A stretch of 63,016 nt of DNA, counting the filler. It is 6 parts of 6 records of this genome, joined end to end, with 100 filler letters (N's around TTAATTAATTAA, not from the genome) between each part and the next. Parts side by side here need not be neighbours in the genome. Positions count along the whole stretch, not along the records: positions 1 to 24,990 come from SRR2962707_4458; 5 more parts are not named here. One strand, 5' to 3'. A program made the position numbers and the translations under genes. This document shows, piece after piece, positions 1 to 9,678 of this stretch. Below the pieces are notes generated by a model, which worked only from the letters and a program-made list of their open reading frames with translations, did not search any database and had not been told where the DNA came from. Position 1 is the first letter of the stretch. Each line of letters starts with the position of its first letter.

Positions 1-93
1 ATCCCTACGCCGGTATTATCCGGATCAGGTTGCGGGTTCTGCATGGCAATCTCAGCCGGCGGTCAGATGTTCTGACGCCAGCACCCCGTCAAG
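1..93 (-). ncRNA. TPP riboswitch aptamer (3' end cut by window edge), probably leading a thiamine gene such as thiC outside the window
   Basis: Reverse complement reads GGGGTGC...GCTGAGA...AACCCGCAACCTGATCCGGATAATACCGGCGTAGGGA, matching the TPP consensus elements (GGGGUGC, CUGAGA, ACCUGAUC-GG-UAAU-CC-GCG-AGGGA). It is divergent from tolC. Confidence 0.93.
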
Positions 94-256
94 ACGCGAA
101 ATCAATGTAATTGACACTTACAATCAGTGCCGACTGCAAGTGTAGAGCTCAGGCCGATTATTGTCCATAATGGCGAGCCTGAAACGCTCAATGGTTATCT
201 GAACATATGTGGCCAGGTATTCCAACACGCCGGGTGATTCACTAACAGGAGACATC

Positions 257-1636
257 ATGAAGAAACGACTGCTTTCCGGGCTGATTGGACTGCTCGCAGC
301 CCAGCCTGCACTATCCATGGATCTGGTTGAGACGTACGAGAAAGCACTCTCCTATGATTCCGGCATTGCAACCGCCCGCGCCACGTTTGAAGCTCAGCAG
401 GCAGCAAGCGATGTCAGCCGTAGCAACCTGCTGCCGCAGATCGGTGCCTTTGGTGAAGCCAGCCACACCGACGTGGACGGCCCCAGCCAGGACGCGGCAT
501 ATAAAACCTACGCCTACGGCGTCGAGCTGACCCAGCCATTGTTCCGAGCCGACACCTGGTTTAATTACGACGCCAGCAAATTCCAGACGGAAGCCGCGCA
601 GGCCGAATACAACCTGGCTCAGCAGCAGCTGATTCTTGACGTCGCCACCGCCTATTTCAATGTCCTCAGGGCGGCAGACACCTTAACCACTGCCCGCGCT
701 ACCGAGGCGGCCATTCAGCGTCAATACGAGCAGGCACAGGAACGCTTTGATGTGGGACTGATTGCCATTACCGAAGTGTATGAGGCTCGTGCCAGCTATG
801 ACGACAGCAAGAGCCAGCGTATCGCTGCAGAGAGCGACCTGGATATCGCCCGCGAACAACTGGCACGATTGACCGGCGAGTACACTGAAGACCTGAACAA
901 CCTGCGCCGGAACTTCCCCCTCGGCCGCCCGGAGCCCATGGACCCTTCAGCCTGGGAAAACACCGCACTGAGTCAGAACTGGCAGATCCAGTCAGCCCTC
1001 TATGACCTGAACACCAGCGAGGCCAACCTGAAGAGCGCGAAAGCCGGTCACCTGCCAACGCTTGACCTGAATGCGTCCTACGGCAACACGGAGATTGATG
1101 GGCTGGAGCAGCCAACTCTGACACAGGGCCAGCGCGATGGCACAACGACCGAGGGTCGCATCGCCCTTACCCTCAACGTTCCCCTGTATATGGGCGGCGG
1201 AACCCAGGCCGGCGTGCGACAGCAGCGCTCCCAGGTGACGGTGGCGGAGCAGTCGCTAGAGACAGTACGTCGGGATGTCCGGGTAAACACGCGCAGCCTG
1301 TTCCGTACCGTGAATACCAACATCGAGTCTGCCTCTGCGCTGGAACAAACCATCATTTCCCGCCGTAGTGCATTGGATGCCACCCGCGCCGGTTACGAAG
1401 TGGGTACACGGAACATCGTGGAAGTGCTGGATGCGGAACGGAACTATTACGTGGCATTGCGTGACTTTGCCAATGCCCGTTATGACTACGTGATTAACAC
1501 CCTGAACCTGAAACAGGCGGCTGGCACCCTCAGCCCTCAGGATCTGGTAGACCTGAACAACTGGCTGAGCGCATCAGCACCGGGGATTGAAGCCATGGCT
1601 AACGAGCAGGAAACCATCGACAACCTCTCCCAGTAA
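257..1636 (+). CDS. tolC: TolC family outer membrane channel
   Basis: Signal peptide MKKRLLSGLIGLLAAQPALS; motifs LLPQI, RFDVGL, AGHLPTL, YEVGTRNIVEVLDAE. ATG at 257 follows the RBS AGGAGA. Confidence 0.95.
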   Translation: MKKRLLSGLIGLLAAQPALSMDLVETYEKALSYDSGIATARATFEAQQAASDVSRSNLLPQIGAFGEASHTDVDGPSQDAAYKTYAYGVELTQPLFRADTWFNYDASKFQTEAAQAEYNLAQQQLILDVATAYFNVLRAADTLTTARATEAAIQRQYEQAQERFDVGLIAITEVYEARASYDDSKSQRIAAESDLDIAREQLARLTGEYTEDLNNLRRNFPLGRPEPMDPSAWENTALSQNWQIQSALYDLNTSEANLKSAKAGHLPTLDLNASYGNTEIDGLEQPTLTQGQRDGTTTEGRIALTLNVPLYMGGGTQAGVRQQRSQVTVAEQSLETVRRDVRVNTRSLFRTVNTNIESASALEQTIISRRSALDATRAGYEVGTRNIVEVLDAERNYYVALRDFANARYDYVINTLNLKQAAGTLSPQDLVDLNNWLSASAPGIEAMANEQETIDNLSQ

Positions 1637-1650
1637 ACTGATGAAAATCA

Positions 1651-1673
1651 GGCCGGGGCACCATGCCCCGGCC
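1651..1673. terminator. Hairpin between convergent tolC and waaA (likely intrinsic terminator)
   Basis: GGCCGGGGCA-CCA-TGCCCCGGCC perfect 10-bp stem; followed by TGATTTT on the minus strand. Confidence 0.65.
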
Positions 1674-1697
1674 AATACAAAACACCGGTATCACGCC

Positions 1698-2966
1698 TTA
1701 GACCCGCTCAACTATCCCATCAACCACTTTCTCGAGCGCACCACGGTTGGCATCCACAACCGCCAGCGCGTTGTGACCCGCGTTTTGCGCAGAAGCTCTG
1801 TCCGAAAAGAGATGAACAACGCACCGGGCAAGAGACTCCGCTGAATCCGTAATAAACAGACCCTGTCCTGAATCAAGGCGGTCGTAAATGTTTTCGAAAT
1901 TGAATATGTGCGGCCCGGAAACAACGGGTATTCCCCAAGCGGCTGGCTCCAGCGGGTTGTGGCCGCCACGTTCAATCAGCGAGCCGCCCACAAAGGCCAC
2001 ATCGGAGGCGCCGTAAAGCATTAGCAATTCACCCATGGTGTCACCAAGATACACCTCGCGCCCTACCTTTCCGCCCCCGTCACTTCCTGACTGGGACCGA
2101 CGGACAAGAGAGAGCCCCATGGCGTCAATGAGCCTGGCCACATCATCAAAACGCTCTGGATGCCGCGGCACAATCATCAGCAATGCGTTCGGGAAATGCT
2201 CGAGGATTTGTTGGTGAGCCTCCAATATCTGGCGATCCTCACCGTCGTGGGTACTGGCTGCAATCCAAACCGGACGGTCAGCGCCCAGCGCCGCCCTCAG
2301 CCCCGAAGATTCGGCGCGTACTTCGTCCGAGACCTCAACATCAAACTTGATACTGCCGGTCACCGACACCGATTCCGGCGTGGCCCCAATACGCAGGAAC
2401 CGGCCAGCGTCTTCCTCTGCTTGCGCGGCTATCCAGCTAATACTGCGGAGCAGCGGGCGAACCAGTGACGCCACCCGCTCATATCCCCGCGCGGAACGGC
2501 TGGAAAGGCGCGCATTAATGAGGAAAATGGGCACTTGGCGTTGGCGACTAAGAGCAATCATATTGGGCCAAAGCTCAGTTTCCATAATCACAAGCGCCCG
2601 GGGCCTTACGCGGCCAACAAACCGGCGCACCGCACCGGGTGTGTCATATGGTGAGAAAGCATAGTGGACCCGGTCACCGAACAAAGCCCTGGCTCGGGCC
2701 GAGCCGGTCGGCGTCATCGCGGTCATCAATATGGGGATATCAGGATTACGCCTCAGCAAAGCTTTCACCAGGGGGGCGGCGGCAATGGTTTCACCCACCG
2801 ATACGGCATGAACCCATATGACCGGCTCATCGAAGGCCTCCACGTACCCCAGGCGCTCCTGCCAGCGCACGAACGCTTCAGGATTGGTACGCCCGATCCA
2901 CCACAATCGCAGCAACACAAACGGCAGCGCGATGCGGAAAAAAAGGGAGTAGAAAAAATGAAGCAT
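1698..2966 (-). CDS. waaA: Kdo transferase (lipid IVA 3-deoxy-D-manno-octulosonate transferase)
   Basis: WVHAVSVGET, METELWPN, INARLS, AASTH, VPRHPERF, GDTMGEL, GGHNPLEPAA motifs. Confidence 0.97.
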   Translation of the reverse strand: MLHFFYSLFFRIALPFVLLRLWWIGRTNPEAFVRWQERLGYVEAFDEPVIWVHAVSVGETIAAAPLVKALLRRNPDIPILMTAMTPTGSARARALFGDRVHYAFSPYDTPGAVRRFVGRVRPRALVIMETELWPNMIALSRQRQVPIFLINARLSSRSARGYERVASLVRPLLRSISWIAAQAEEDAGRFLRIGATPESVSVTGSIKFDVEVSDEVRAESSGLRAALGADRPVWIAASTHDGEDRQILEAHQQILEHFPNALLMIVPRHPERFDDVARLIDAMGLSLVRRSQSGSDGGGKVGREVYLGDTMGELLMLYGASDVAFVGGSLIERGGHNPLEPAAWGIPVVSGPHIFNFENIYDRLDSGQGLFITDSAESLARCVVHLFSDRASAQNAGHNALAVVDANRGALEKVVDGIVERV

Positions 2967-3138
2967 GGTAACTCCGGCCGGGTCGATGCGGCGATCATTC
3001 TACATAAAGCGGTGGCCGGCGTCTGCGACCTGGAATTCATGATTTTCCGCAACTTGCGGATATTGCGGCTTTAGCCGGAGATAATGGCCCTGCTAAACTC
3101 CGGTTCTTGCCGTTAAAAATCATCAGGGACTGACACGA

Positions 3139-4089
3139 GTGAAGACCGCTAAACAGAGAACTCGCGACACCCGCTATACCAGCTACCTACATCCGCGCTG
3201 GTGGCCAACCTGGATCGGGGTCGCTGCCATGTGGCTGGGCGCCCAATTGCCACTGAAGTTACAATGGTGGCTGGGAAAACGGATTGGTGACATCGCCTAT
3301 CGCTTTGCCGGCCATCGCAAGCAAATCACCGATGTGAATATTCGCCTGTGCTTTCCAGAGTTATCCGAAACGGAAAAGCAGACACTGGTGAAGGCGTCAT
3401 TCCGCGCCAACGGCATCGGTGTCATGGAGATTGGGCTGGCCTGGTTCCGCAGTCCCACCAGCTTCATGCCCATTACAGAAGTTCACGGCCTTGAACATGT
3501 CGACGCTGCGCTTGCCAGAGGCAAGGGCATCCTGTTGCTGGGCGGTCACTACAGCACCCTTGACTTGGGGGGCGCCCTGGTCACCGAATACATTGAGGCC
3601 GACGTGATGCAGCGCGACCATAACAACCCATTGATGAACGCGGTGATGACCCGCGCCAGGGAACGTCGTTATGGGGTGGCACTGGACAGCCGGAACCTGC
3701 GCGGCCTGCTCAAACAGCTCAAAAACAACCGTATCGTCTGGTACGCCACAGATCAGGACTACGGCCGCAAAGGCATCGTTTTTGCCCCATTTTTCGGAGT
3801 GCCTGCGGGGTCCATCACCGCCACCTCGCGCATAGCCGACCGTAGCGGCTGTGCCGTGGTGCCGTTCAGCCATTTCCGACGGGAACACGCTCCAGGGTAC
3901 GATATCTACTTCCATCCTCCACTGGAGAACTTTCCTTCCGGAGATGACATGGCGGACGCCACATTGGTAAACAAAACCATCGAAAACGAAATCCGAAAAC
4001 ACCCGGACCAGTACCTCTGGATGCATCGCCGCTTCAAGACCCGTCCTTCCAGGGAAGATCCCAACCTGTACAGCAAGGACGCAAACTGA
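3139..4089 (+). CDS. lpxL: Lipid A late acyltransferase LpxL/LpxP family
   Basis: LHPRWWPTW N-terminus, HxxxxD (HYSTLD), DQDYG, FAPFFG, PDQYLWMHRRFKTRP. Confidence 0.92.
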   Translation: MKTAKQRTRDTRYTSYLHPRWWPTWIGVAAMWLGAQLPLKLQWWLGKRIGDIAYRFAGHRKQITDVNIRLCFPELSETEKQTLVKASFRANGIGVMEIGLAWFRSPTSFMPITEVHGLEHVDAALARGKGILLLGGHYSTLDLGGALVTEYIEADVMQRDHNNPLMNAVMTRARERRYGVALDSRNLRGLLKQLKNNRIVWYATDQDYGRKGIVFAPFFGVPAGSITATSRIADRSGCAVVPFSHFRREHAPGYDIYFHPPLENFPSGDDMADATLVNKTIENEIRKHPDQYLWMHRRFKTRPSREDPNLYSKDAN

Positions 4090-5037
4090 ATGCGCTCCCA
4101 CACGGGTTCACCCGCCCCGGTTGTCTGGCTACTGACCGATAATAAGCCTGGCCATCACAACCAGCTGAAAGGGTTGGGCAACCGGCTTCGGGTGCTGGCT
4201 GGCGCCAGCGTGAGTGAAATTGATGCGACCGAAGCGCCCCCGCCCTTGTGGCGGGCGCTGCTTGGCGTTGCGCCGGCCATGGATAAAGCCCTGGGAAGAC
4301 CAAACCTGATTATCGCAGCCGGCAGCGGTACTCATCGCCTGTTGTTATCCCTGCGGCGGCTCCGAAAGGTAAAAACCGTGGTTTTAATGAAACCGGGCTT
4401 CCCTCTCAGCTGGGTCGATGCGGCCATCATTCCAGAACACGATAAGGTCCCCCCAGCCAGACATGTCCTTGCCACCGAAGGTGTCATAAACGCAATCACG
4501 CCCCTGGCCAGAATTACCGACAAACCCGAAGGCCTTGTTCTCGTAGGCGGCCCCTCACCCCATTTCGACTGGGATGACGACGTTATTCTCGGACAGTTAT
4601 CCCAGCTAATGGGTCGCTACCCGGAATGGCGCTGGACGATCAGCGGCTCTCGCCGTACGCCCGAAAACCTGTTGATGCAACTGAACGACCTGGCAGGCCC
4701 GAAGGTCACGGTCGTGGATTCCAAGCGAACGCACGCCAGCTGGCTTCCCCACCAACTCGCCGCCTCCCGCGCGGTGTGGGTCACACCAGACAGCGCCTCC
4801 ATGGCCTGCGAAGCTGCCACCTCCGGCGTGCCTACGGGTCTGTTTGAGCTCGCGCCCAAGAATAACAGCCGGGTCGCCCGGGGCATGGCCAGCCTGGTAG
4901 AGAAAGGGTACGTTGCGCACTGGAGTGACCATGCCTCGGTTATGGCTGGAAAATTGCGCGGATCGCAGGAGCTTTGGGAGGCTGATAGGGCCGCAAGGTG
5001 GCTGATTGAACACTTTTTAAGGGGAGGCAAACGTTGA
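4090..5037 (+). CDS. ELM1/GtrOC1-like GT-B fold protein (putative LOS core glycosyltransferase)
   Basis: WLLTDNKPGHHNQ, IIPEHD, LVGGPS, SRRTP, VWVTPDSASMACEA motifs typical of the mitochondrial-fission ELM1 family; starts immediately after the lpxL stop. Confidence 0.85.
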   Translation: MRSHTGSPAPVVWLLTDNKPGHHNQLKGLGNRLRVLAGASVSEIDATEAPPPLWRALLGVAPAMDKALGRPNLIIAAGSGTHRLLLSLRRLRKVKTVVLMKPGFPLSWVDAAIIPEHDKVPPARHVLATEGVINAITPLARITDKPEGLVLVGGPSPHFDWDDDVILGQLSQLMGRYPEWRWTISGSRRTPENLLMQLNDLAGPKVTVVDSKRTHASWLPHQLAASRAVWVTPDSASMACEAATSGVPTGLFELAPKNNSRVARGMASLVEKGYVAHWSDHASVMAGKLRGSQELWEADRAARWLIEHFLRGGKR

Positions 5038-6149
5038 GGATTCTGCAGGCGTTACCCGCGCTATACAGTGGCGGGGTGGAACGAGGCACCGTGGAGTTCG
5101 CCGCCGACCTGGTGAAACGTGGGCACGAGTCCTATGTGGTTTCGAAAGGCGGCCCCATGGCGGAGCAGCTTCGTGGGCAAGGCTCGGAACACATTTTCAT
5201 GCCAATACACCGGAAGAACCCGGCGTCATTCGGACAAATCCTGCCCATGCGCAAGCTGCTTCTGGAGCTGAAACCGGACATCATACATGTCCGCTCCCGT
5301 ATGCCCGCCTGGATCATCTTCCTGGCTCTGAAGACCATTCCAGCCAACCAGCGCCCGGCCGTCGTCTCAACCTTTCATGGCATGTATTCCGTGACCCCCT
5401 ACAGCGCCATCATGACCCGGGCTGATCACATCATCGCCGTGTCCGGTTGTGTTCGGGATTATGTGCTGAACAAATACCCGGTGCCGGAAGAAAAACTGAC
5501 CGTCATCCAACGGGGCGTGGACGTGAGTGCTTTTCGACAACGGGAGCTCAGCCCACAATGGCTGGACCGCTGGTTCCGGCAGTACCCACAATTGGCCCAG
5601 AAAAAGATCATCATGATGCCCGGGCGCATTTCCCGCTGGAAAGGCCAACTGGACTTCCTGGCCATGATGGCGCAGCTGGTGCAAAAACGACCGGACTGCC
5701 ACGGCATCATTGTCGGCGGCGCTGAACCTGGCAAGGAGCAGTTTCTGGAGGAGCTGGAAAAGGAACGTGCCCGCCTGAACCTGACCGACAAGGTGAGTTT
5801 CCTCGGCCAGCGCAACGATATGACCACCCTCTACCTTCTGGCGGACGTGGTCTGCCACATGTCCACGAAACCAGAACCTTTCGGCCGCACCGTTACCGAA
5901 GCCCTGGCCTCCGGCACACCGGTGGCCGCCTTTGACCGAGGTGGCGCAGCCGAAACACTGCGCGCTTGTTTCTCCGACGGATTGGTACCGCCAGACAATA
6001 TAGAAGCGTTTGCCCAGACCGCGCTCGCCCTCCTCGACAATCCCCGACCTGAGATAGAGATACCGTGGCGATTCCAACTGGAAGCACAGACCGAAACTAC
6101 GCTGAAGGTCTATGAGAACCTTCTTGCGCGGAGGCCTGCGCACCAATGA
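5034..6149 (+). CDS. GT4 glycosyltransferase, LpsB-like
   Basis: N-terminus MRILQALPALYSGGVERGT, HVRSRMPAW, GRISRWKG, EPFGRTVTEA (Ex7E); 4-nt overlap with the upstream gene. Confidence 0.88.
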   Translation: MRILQALPALYSGGVERGTVEFAADLVKRGHESYVVSKGGPMAEQLRGQGSEHIFMPIHRKNPASFGQILPMRKLLLELKPDIIHVRSRMPAWIIFLALKTIPANQRPAVVSTFHGMYSVTPYSAIMTRADHIIAVSGCVRDYVLNKYPVPEEKLTVIQRGVDVSAFRQRELSPQWLDRWFRQYPQLAQKKIIMMPGRISRWKGQLDFLAMMAQLVQKRPDCHGIIVGGAEPGKEQFLEELEKERARLNLTDKVSFLGQRNDMTTLYLLADVVCHMSTKPEPFGRTVTEALASGTPVAAFDRGGAAETLRACFSDGLVPPDNIEAFAQTALALLDNPRPEIEIPWRFQLEAQTETTLKVYENLLARRPAHQ

Positions 6150-7204
6150 ATGCGCAAGGCCCGCTGACAATCGCGCTGATCATCGCCACACCCGGCACAG
6201 GCTGGGGCGGTATGGAAACGCACACAGCCGACCTCGCGAACGCCCTCTCGACAAGAGGCCACACCGTTCACGTTCTGGCACACAGCCACTACAGCGAACG
6301 CTTCGCCTCGCCGGTTTGTTTCCATCCACTGCCCGTGCAGCTCGGCCGACGCAACCCCTGGCTGCACTACCGCCTGCGGCGACAGCTTCGCTCCATCCAC
6401 CCGGATATCGTTCATGCCCAGGGCAACAAGGCCGCTAACCTGGTCAGTTCAGTCCGTCATCTGAACAGTGCAACAGTGGGTACGCTTCATGGCACCAAGC
6501 GCTCCCATAAGGGATTTGAGCGGCTAGATGGCGTGATTGGTGTCAGCCGTGATATTACCGACACCATTGCCCACGCCAATGCTCGGCTGATCCACAATGG
6601 CTTACCGCCTGTGGACACCTCCGGCGAAGAAAAGATGGAGGCCCCGACCTTCGAAATTCCTGCAGATCGCCCTCTCCTGTTAGCCGCAGGCCGTCTGGAA
6701 CCAGTCAAACAGTTCGACCGGCTGATTCGCGCCTGGGCCAGGGCCGACTGCGGTGGCAGTCTGGTTATCCTGGGTGATGGTAGCCAGCGTGCTCAACTAG
6801 GTACCCTGATTCAGGAGCTGGACGTCTCAGACCACGTACTGCTTCCAGGCCATGAGCTCCATATGAAGCCCTGGCTCCAGGCCGCCACCGCCTGCATCAT
6901 CAGCTCCAGCCGCGAAGGTTTTCCTTATATCATGGTGGAAGCGCTGATGGCGGGTTGCCCGGTACTGTCAACGCCAGTCAGCGGAGTGGGGGAATTCCTG
7001 CCTGAACAGAGTATTGCCGCGTCTGACCGCGTTGAGGATATCGCCACACTGGTTCGCACCAATCTCCGCAACCCGATGGTTATGAGGGATTCCCAAAACA
7101 GCAGTTTCCTGTGGGCCCGGGAGCAACTCAGCCTTGAGGCGATGGTATCGAAGACGGAGGCTTTCTATCGGGACCTGTTGACCAGTATGTCGACAGCGCA
7201 CTAA
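6146..7204 (+). CDS. GT4 glycosyltransferase
   Basis: GGME, GRLEPVK, EGFPYIMVEA motifs; ATGA overlap. Confidence 0.9.
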   Translation: MNAQGPLTIALIIATPGTGWGGMETHTADLANALSTRGHTVHVLAHSHYSERFASPVCFHPLPVQLGRRNPWLHYRLRRQLRSIHPDIVHAQGNKAANLVSSVRHLNSATVGTLHGTKRSHKGFERLDGVIGVSRDITDTIAHANARLIHNGLPPVDTSGEEKMEAPTFEIPADRPLLLAAGRLEPVKQFDRLIRAWARADCGGSLVILGDGSQRAQLGTLIQELDVSDHVLLPGHELHMKPWLQAATACIISSSREGFPYIMVEALMAGCPVLSTPVSGVGEFLPEQSIAASDRVEDIATLVRTNLRNPMVMRDSQNSSFLWAREQLSLEAMVSKTEAFYRDLLTSMSTAH

Positions 7205-7838
7205 TCACCGTATCCGCCAGGAGTCGATGCCCTGTTTCGGTAAGGTGAGTTCCATCTGCCATCAAGGACTCGGCTTTCTGCTGCCATAATGGGCGGTAGG
7301 CATCAGCAAGAAACGCATTTGGCTCACGTTCGGCTAACTCTCGCAGGCCCTCATTGTAGCGCTCAATGCGCGGGTTCCGGGGTTCGTCGAGGTTCGGCGG
7401 CGTGGACACCAACGCGAACAGGGTGTCGGGGGCCGAGCGCAACACACGCTCAATATTGCCCAGATACTCGTCCAGCGGCACCTGCTCCACCGCGCCCCAA
7501 CGATCCTGCAGGTGGAGACGCCGGGCCCATTTCTTCAGCTTTTTGACGAGCTTTCGGGCAAGCTTCCTGCGGGGGCTGTCCGGGTAATAAAGCACGTAGG
7601 GCGCACCACGAAAGGTGAGCCAGGAATCAACGAGCCCATACTGAATAAACACCAATTGATAATTCCTGGGCGGGAAGGCCTCAGCATACTGAAGCAGCTC
7701 ACGGGTTGTGCTCATGGTATGACCACAATTGGTGAGCGAAAGGCCCAATTGCTTCGCAACGATCTGCGGCCAGACCGGTTCATGATAGTCTTTCAGGCCC
7801 TCGGTATTACAATCACCGTAGGCAATACAACCGTTCAT
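7128..7838 (-). CDS. SGNH/GDSL hydrolase-like protein with Cys at the nucleophile position
   Basis: Block I GDCNT, block II NCG, block III YGLVD, block V DGTH; ATG at 7838 chosen. Confidence 0.75.
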   Translation of the reverse strand: MNGCIAYGDCNTEGLKDYHEPVWPQIVAKQLGLSLTNCGHTMSTTRELLQYAEAFPPRNYQLVFIQYGLVDSWLTFRGAPYVLYYPDSPRRKLARKLVKKLKKWARRLHLQDRWGAVEQVPLDEYLGNIERVLRSAPDTLFALVSTPPNLDEPRNPRIERYNEGLRELAEREPNAFLADAYRPLWQQKAESLMADGTHLTETGHRLLADTVISALSTYWSTGPDRKPPSSIPSPQG

Positions 7839-7898
7839 AACGTGGCTTCCCGAGGCTTCCGTTACACAAGGCAATAAAACGAGATTCGGATACGATCC

Positions 7899-8567
7899 AT
7901 GATTGACCTGTCAGGCATTGAGCCATTCGCCTCTGGCTACAACCGACACTGCTACCGGCATCCGGATGATCCGGCATTGTGTCTCAAAGTACTGCGGCCT
8001 GAAAACATCGAAGTGCGTTTCCAGCGCCAGTCCTGGCCAAAGAAAATGCTCGGCAGAGCGAGGATTGATGACAACCGCCAGGAACTCCGGGCGCATCAAC
8101 AGCAAGCCATCCGGGCGCTGATCAACGATGGCCACGACGAACTGGTCTGGGCGCACCTGCCGCAATTTCATGGCGCGGTGGAAACCTCGCTCGGCCTGGC
8201 AAACATGAGTGAGCTCCTCTTCGATGACCACGGCCTACCGGGCGAAACGCTCGAACACTACCTGAAACACCGGGGGTTTGATCAACCGATTCGGGACGCT
8301 GCAGACCGCTTCTGCAACTGGTTACTCGAAACCGGAATCCTCACCCGGAACCTGCTGCCCCACAACTTGGTGATCGCCGACAGGGGCGGACAACCGGAGC
8401 TGTTTCTGGTTGACGGGCTCGGCGCCCCCACCATCCCCGACAAATTGGCCACCCTCTCCGCTTGGCGAAAGCGATACATTAGCCGCCGTATCCGGCGCTT
8501 TTACCTGAGAATTGGCTGGGAAACCGGCGACCGAAGCACCAGCTGGGAAGCCTCACAGAGGCTGTAA
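7899..8567 (+). CDS. YrbL-family (PhoP regulatory network) kinase-like protein
   Basis: GYNRHCYRHPDD..LCLKV, VETSLG, NLLPHNLV, LVDGLG pattern. Confidence 0.8.
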   Translation: MIDLSGIEPFASGYNRHCYRHPDDPALCLKVLRPENIEVRFQRQSWPKKMLGRARIDDNRQELRAHQQQAIRALINDGHDELVWAHLPQFHGAVETSLGLANMSELLFDDHGLPGETLEHYLKHRGFDQPIRDAADRFCNWLLETGILTRNLLPHNLVIADRGGQPELFLVDGLGAPTIPDKLATLSAWRKRYISRRIRRFYLRIGWETGDRSTSWEASQRL

Positions 8568-8658
8568 TGGCCAGCGGTGACATTCATCAACCTTGCCGCC
8601 CACGCCGGATGGTGGTAGCTTCCGCTCATCCTGTTTCCTGTTGATAGTCCTCTGGATT

Positions 8659-9567
8659 ATGGCGTTTTCCAAAGCAACGTTTCTGATTACCGCTCTCCGG
8701 CTTGCCGGTAAACTCCCTCTGCGTGGCGCCCAGCTTATCGGGCGCTTCCTTGGCATGATCAGCTGGATGTCCAGATCCCAGTACCGCACGGTTACCGACA
8801 TCAACCTGAAAATCTGCCTGCCGGAGCTGACGGACGACCAGCATGATCGAATGGTACGTTCCAGCCTGCGGCACACCGGCCAGACCATGATGGAAATCCC
8901 CCTGATGTGGGAGTGGCCAGTGGAACGCTGCCTGGGCTTGATCCGCGAGATCGAAGGCGAAGAACTGCTCGCAGAGGCAAAAAAGGACGGCCGGGGGCTG
9001 TTGCTGCTGGCACCGCATCTCGGCAACTGGGAGCTCACCGGGCTTTACTTTTCCTCACGGTACCGCATGGCAGCCCTCTACAGCCCGCCCCATATCCGGG
9101 AATTCGAGGATTACATGATCCAGGTTCGCGGGCGCATGGGCTCGGAGCTGGTTCGAGGTGACCGTCGCGGGCTGGCAAGACTGATCACCCTGCTGCGAGA
9201 AGGCGAGGTCGCCGGTATCCTCCCGGACCAGAGTCCAAGGGGCAAAGGCAACGCGTATGCCCCCTTCTTCGGCATGGAAGTGCGCACCATGACCCTGGTC
9301 TCGAAGTTGTTGCAGAAGTCCGGCGCCAAACCCCTGGTCACCTACTCCGAACGCCTGAAAGACGGCGAAGGTTTCCGGCTGGTGATTCGCGAGTGCGAGC
9401 CTGGCATTGCCGACCCGGACCCGGTGACCGCCACAACTGCCCTGAACAAATCCATTGAAGATGTGGTACGGGAAGTGCCGGAACAATACCAGTGGGAATA
9501 CAAACGCTTTCGCCATCGACCACCCGGCCTCCCCCACCCTTACCGGCCCGGTAGAGTGTGTAAGTAA
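8659..9567 (+). CDS. Second lipid A / lysophospholipid acyltransferase (LpxL/HtrB family)
   Basis: PHLGNWE, ILPDQ, APFFG, PEQYQWEYKRFR. Confidence 0.9.
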   Translation: MAFSKATFLITALRLAGKLPLRGAQLIGRFLGMISWMSRSQYRTVTDINLKICLPELTDDQHDRMVRSSLRHTGQTMMEIPLMWEWPVERCLGLIREIEGEELLAEAKKDGRGLLLLAPHLGNWELTGLYFSSRYRMAALYSPPHIREFEDYMIQVRGRMGSELVRGDRRGLARLITLLREGEVAGILPDQSPRGKGNAYAPFFGMEVRTMTLVSKLLQKSGAKPLVTYSERLKDGEGFRLVIRECEPGIADPDPVTATTALNKSIEDVVREVPEQYQWEYKRFRHRPPGLPHPYRPGRVCK

Positions 9568-9678
9568 TTCCCCCCTCACACAGCCGGTGCCCGCGGAGTA
9601 CTAAAACTGTATAATCCGCGTACCGAAGCAGTCTCCAAGACTGTCTTGTTTTACCTGAATAAAGGCCGGGCCGGATCC

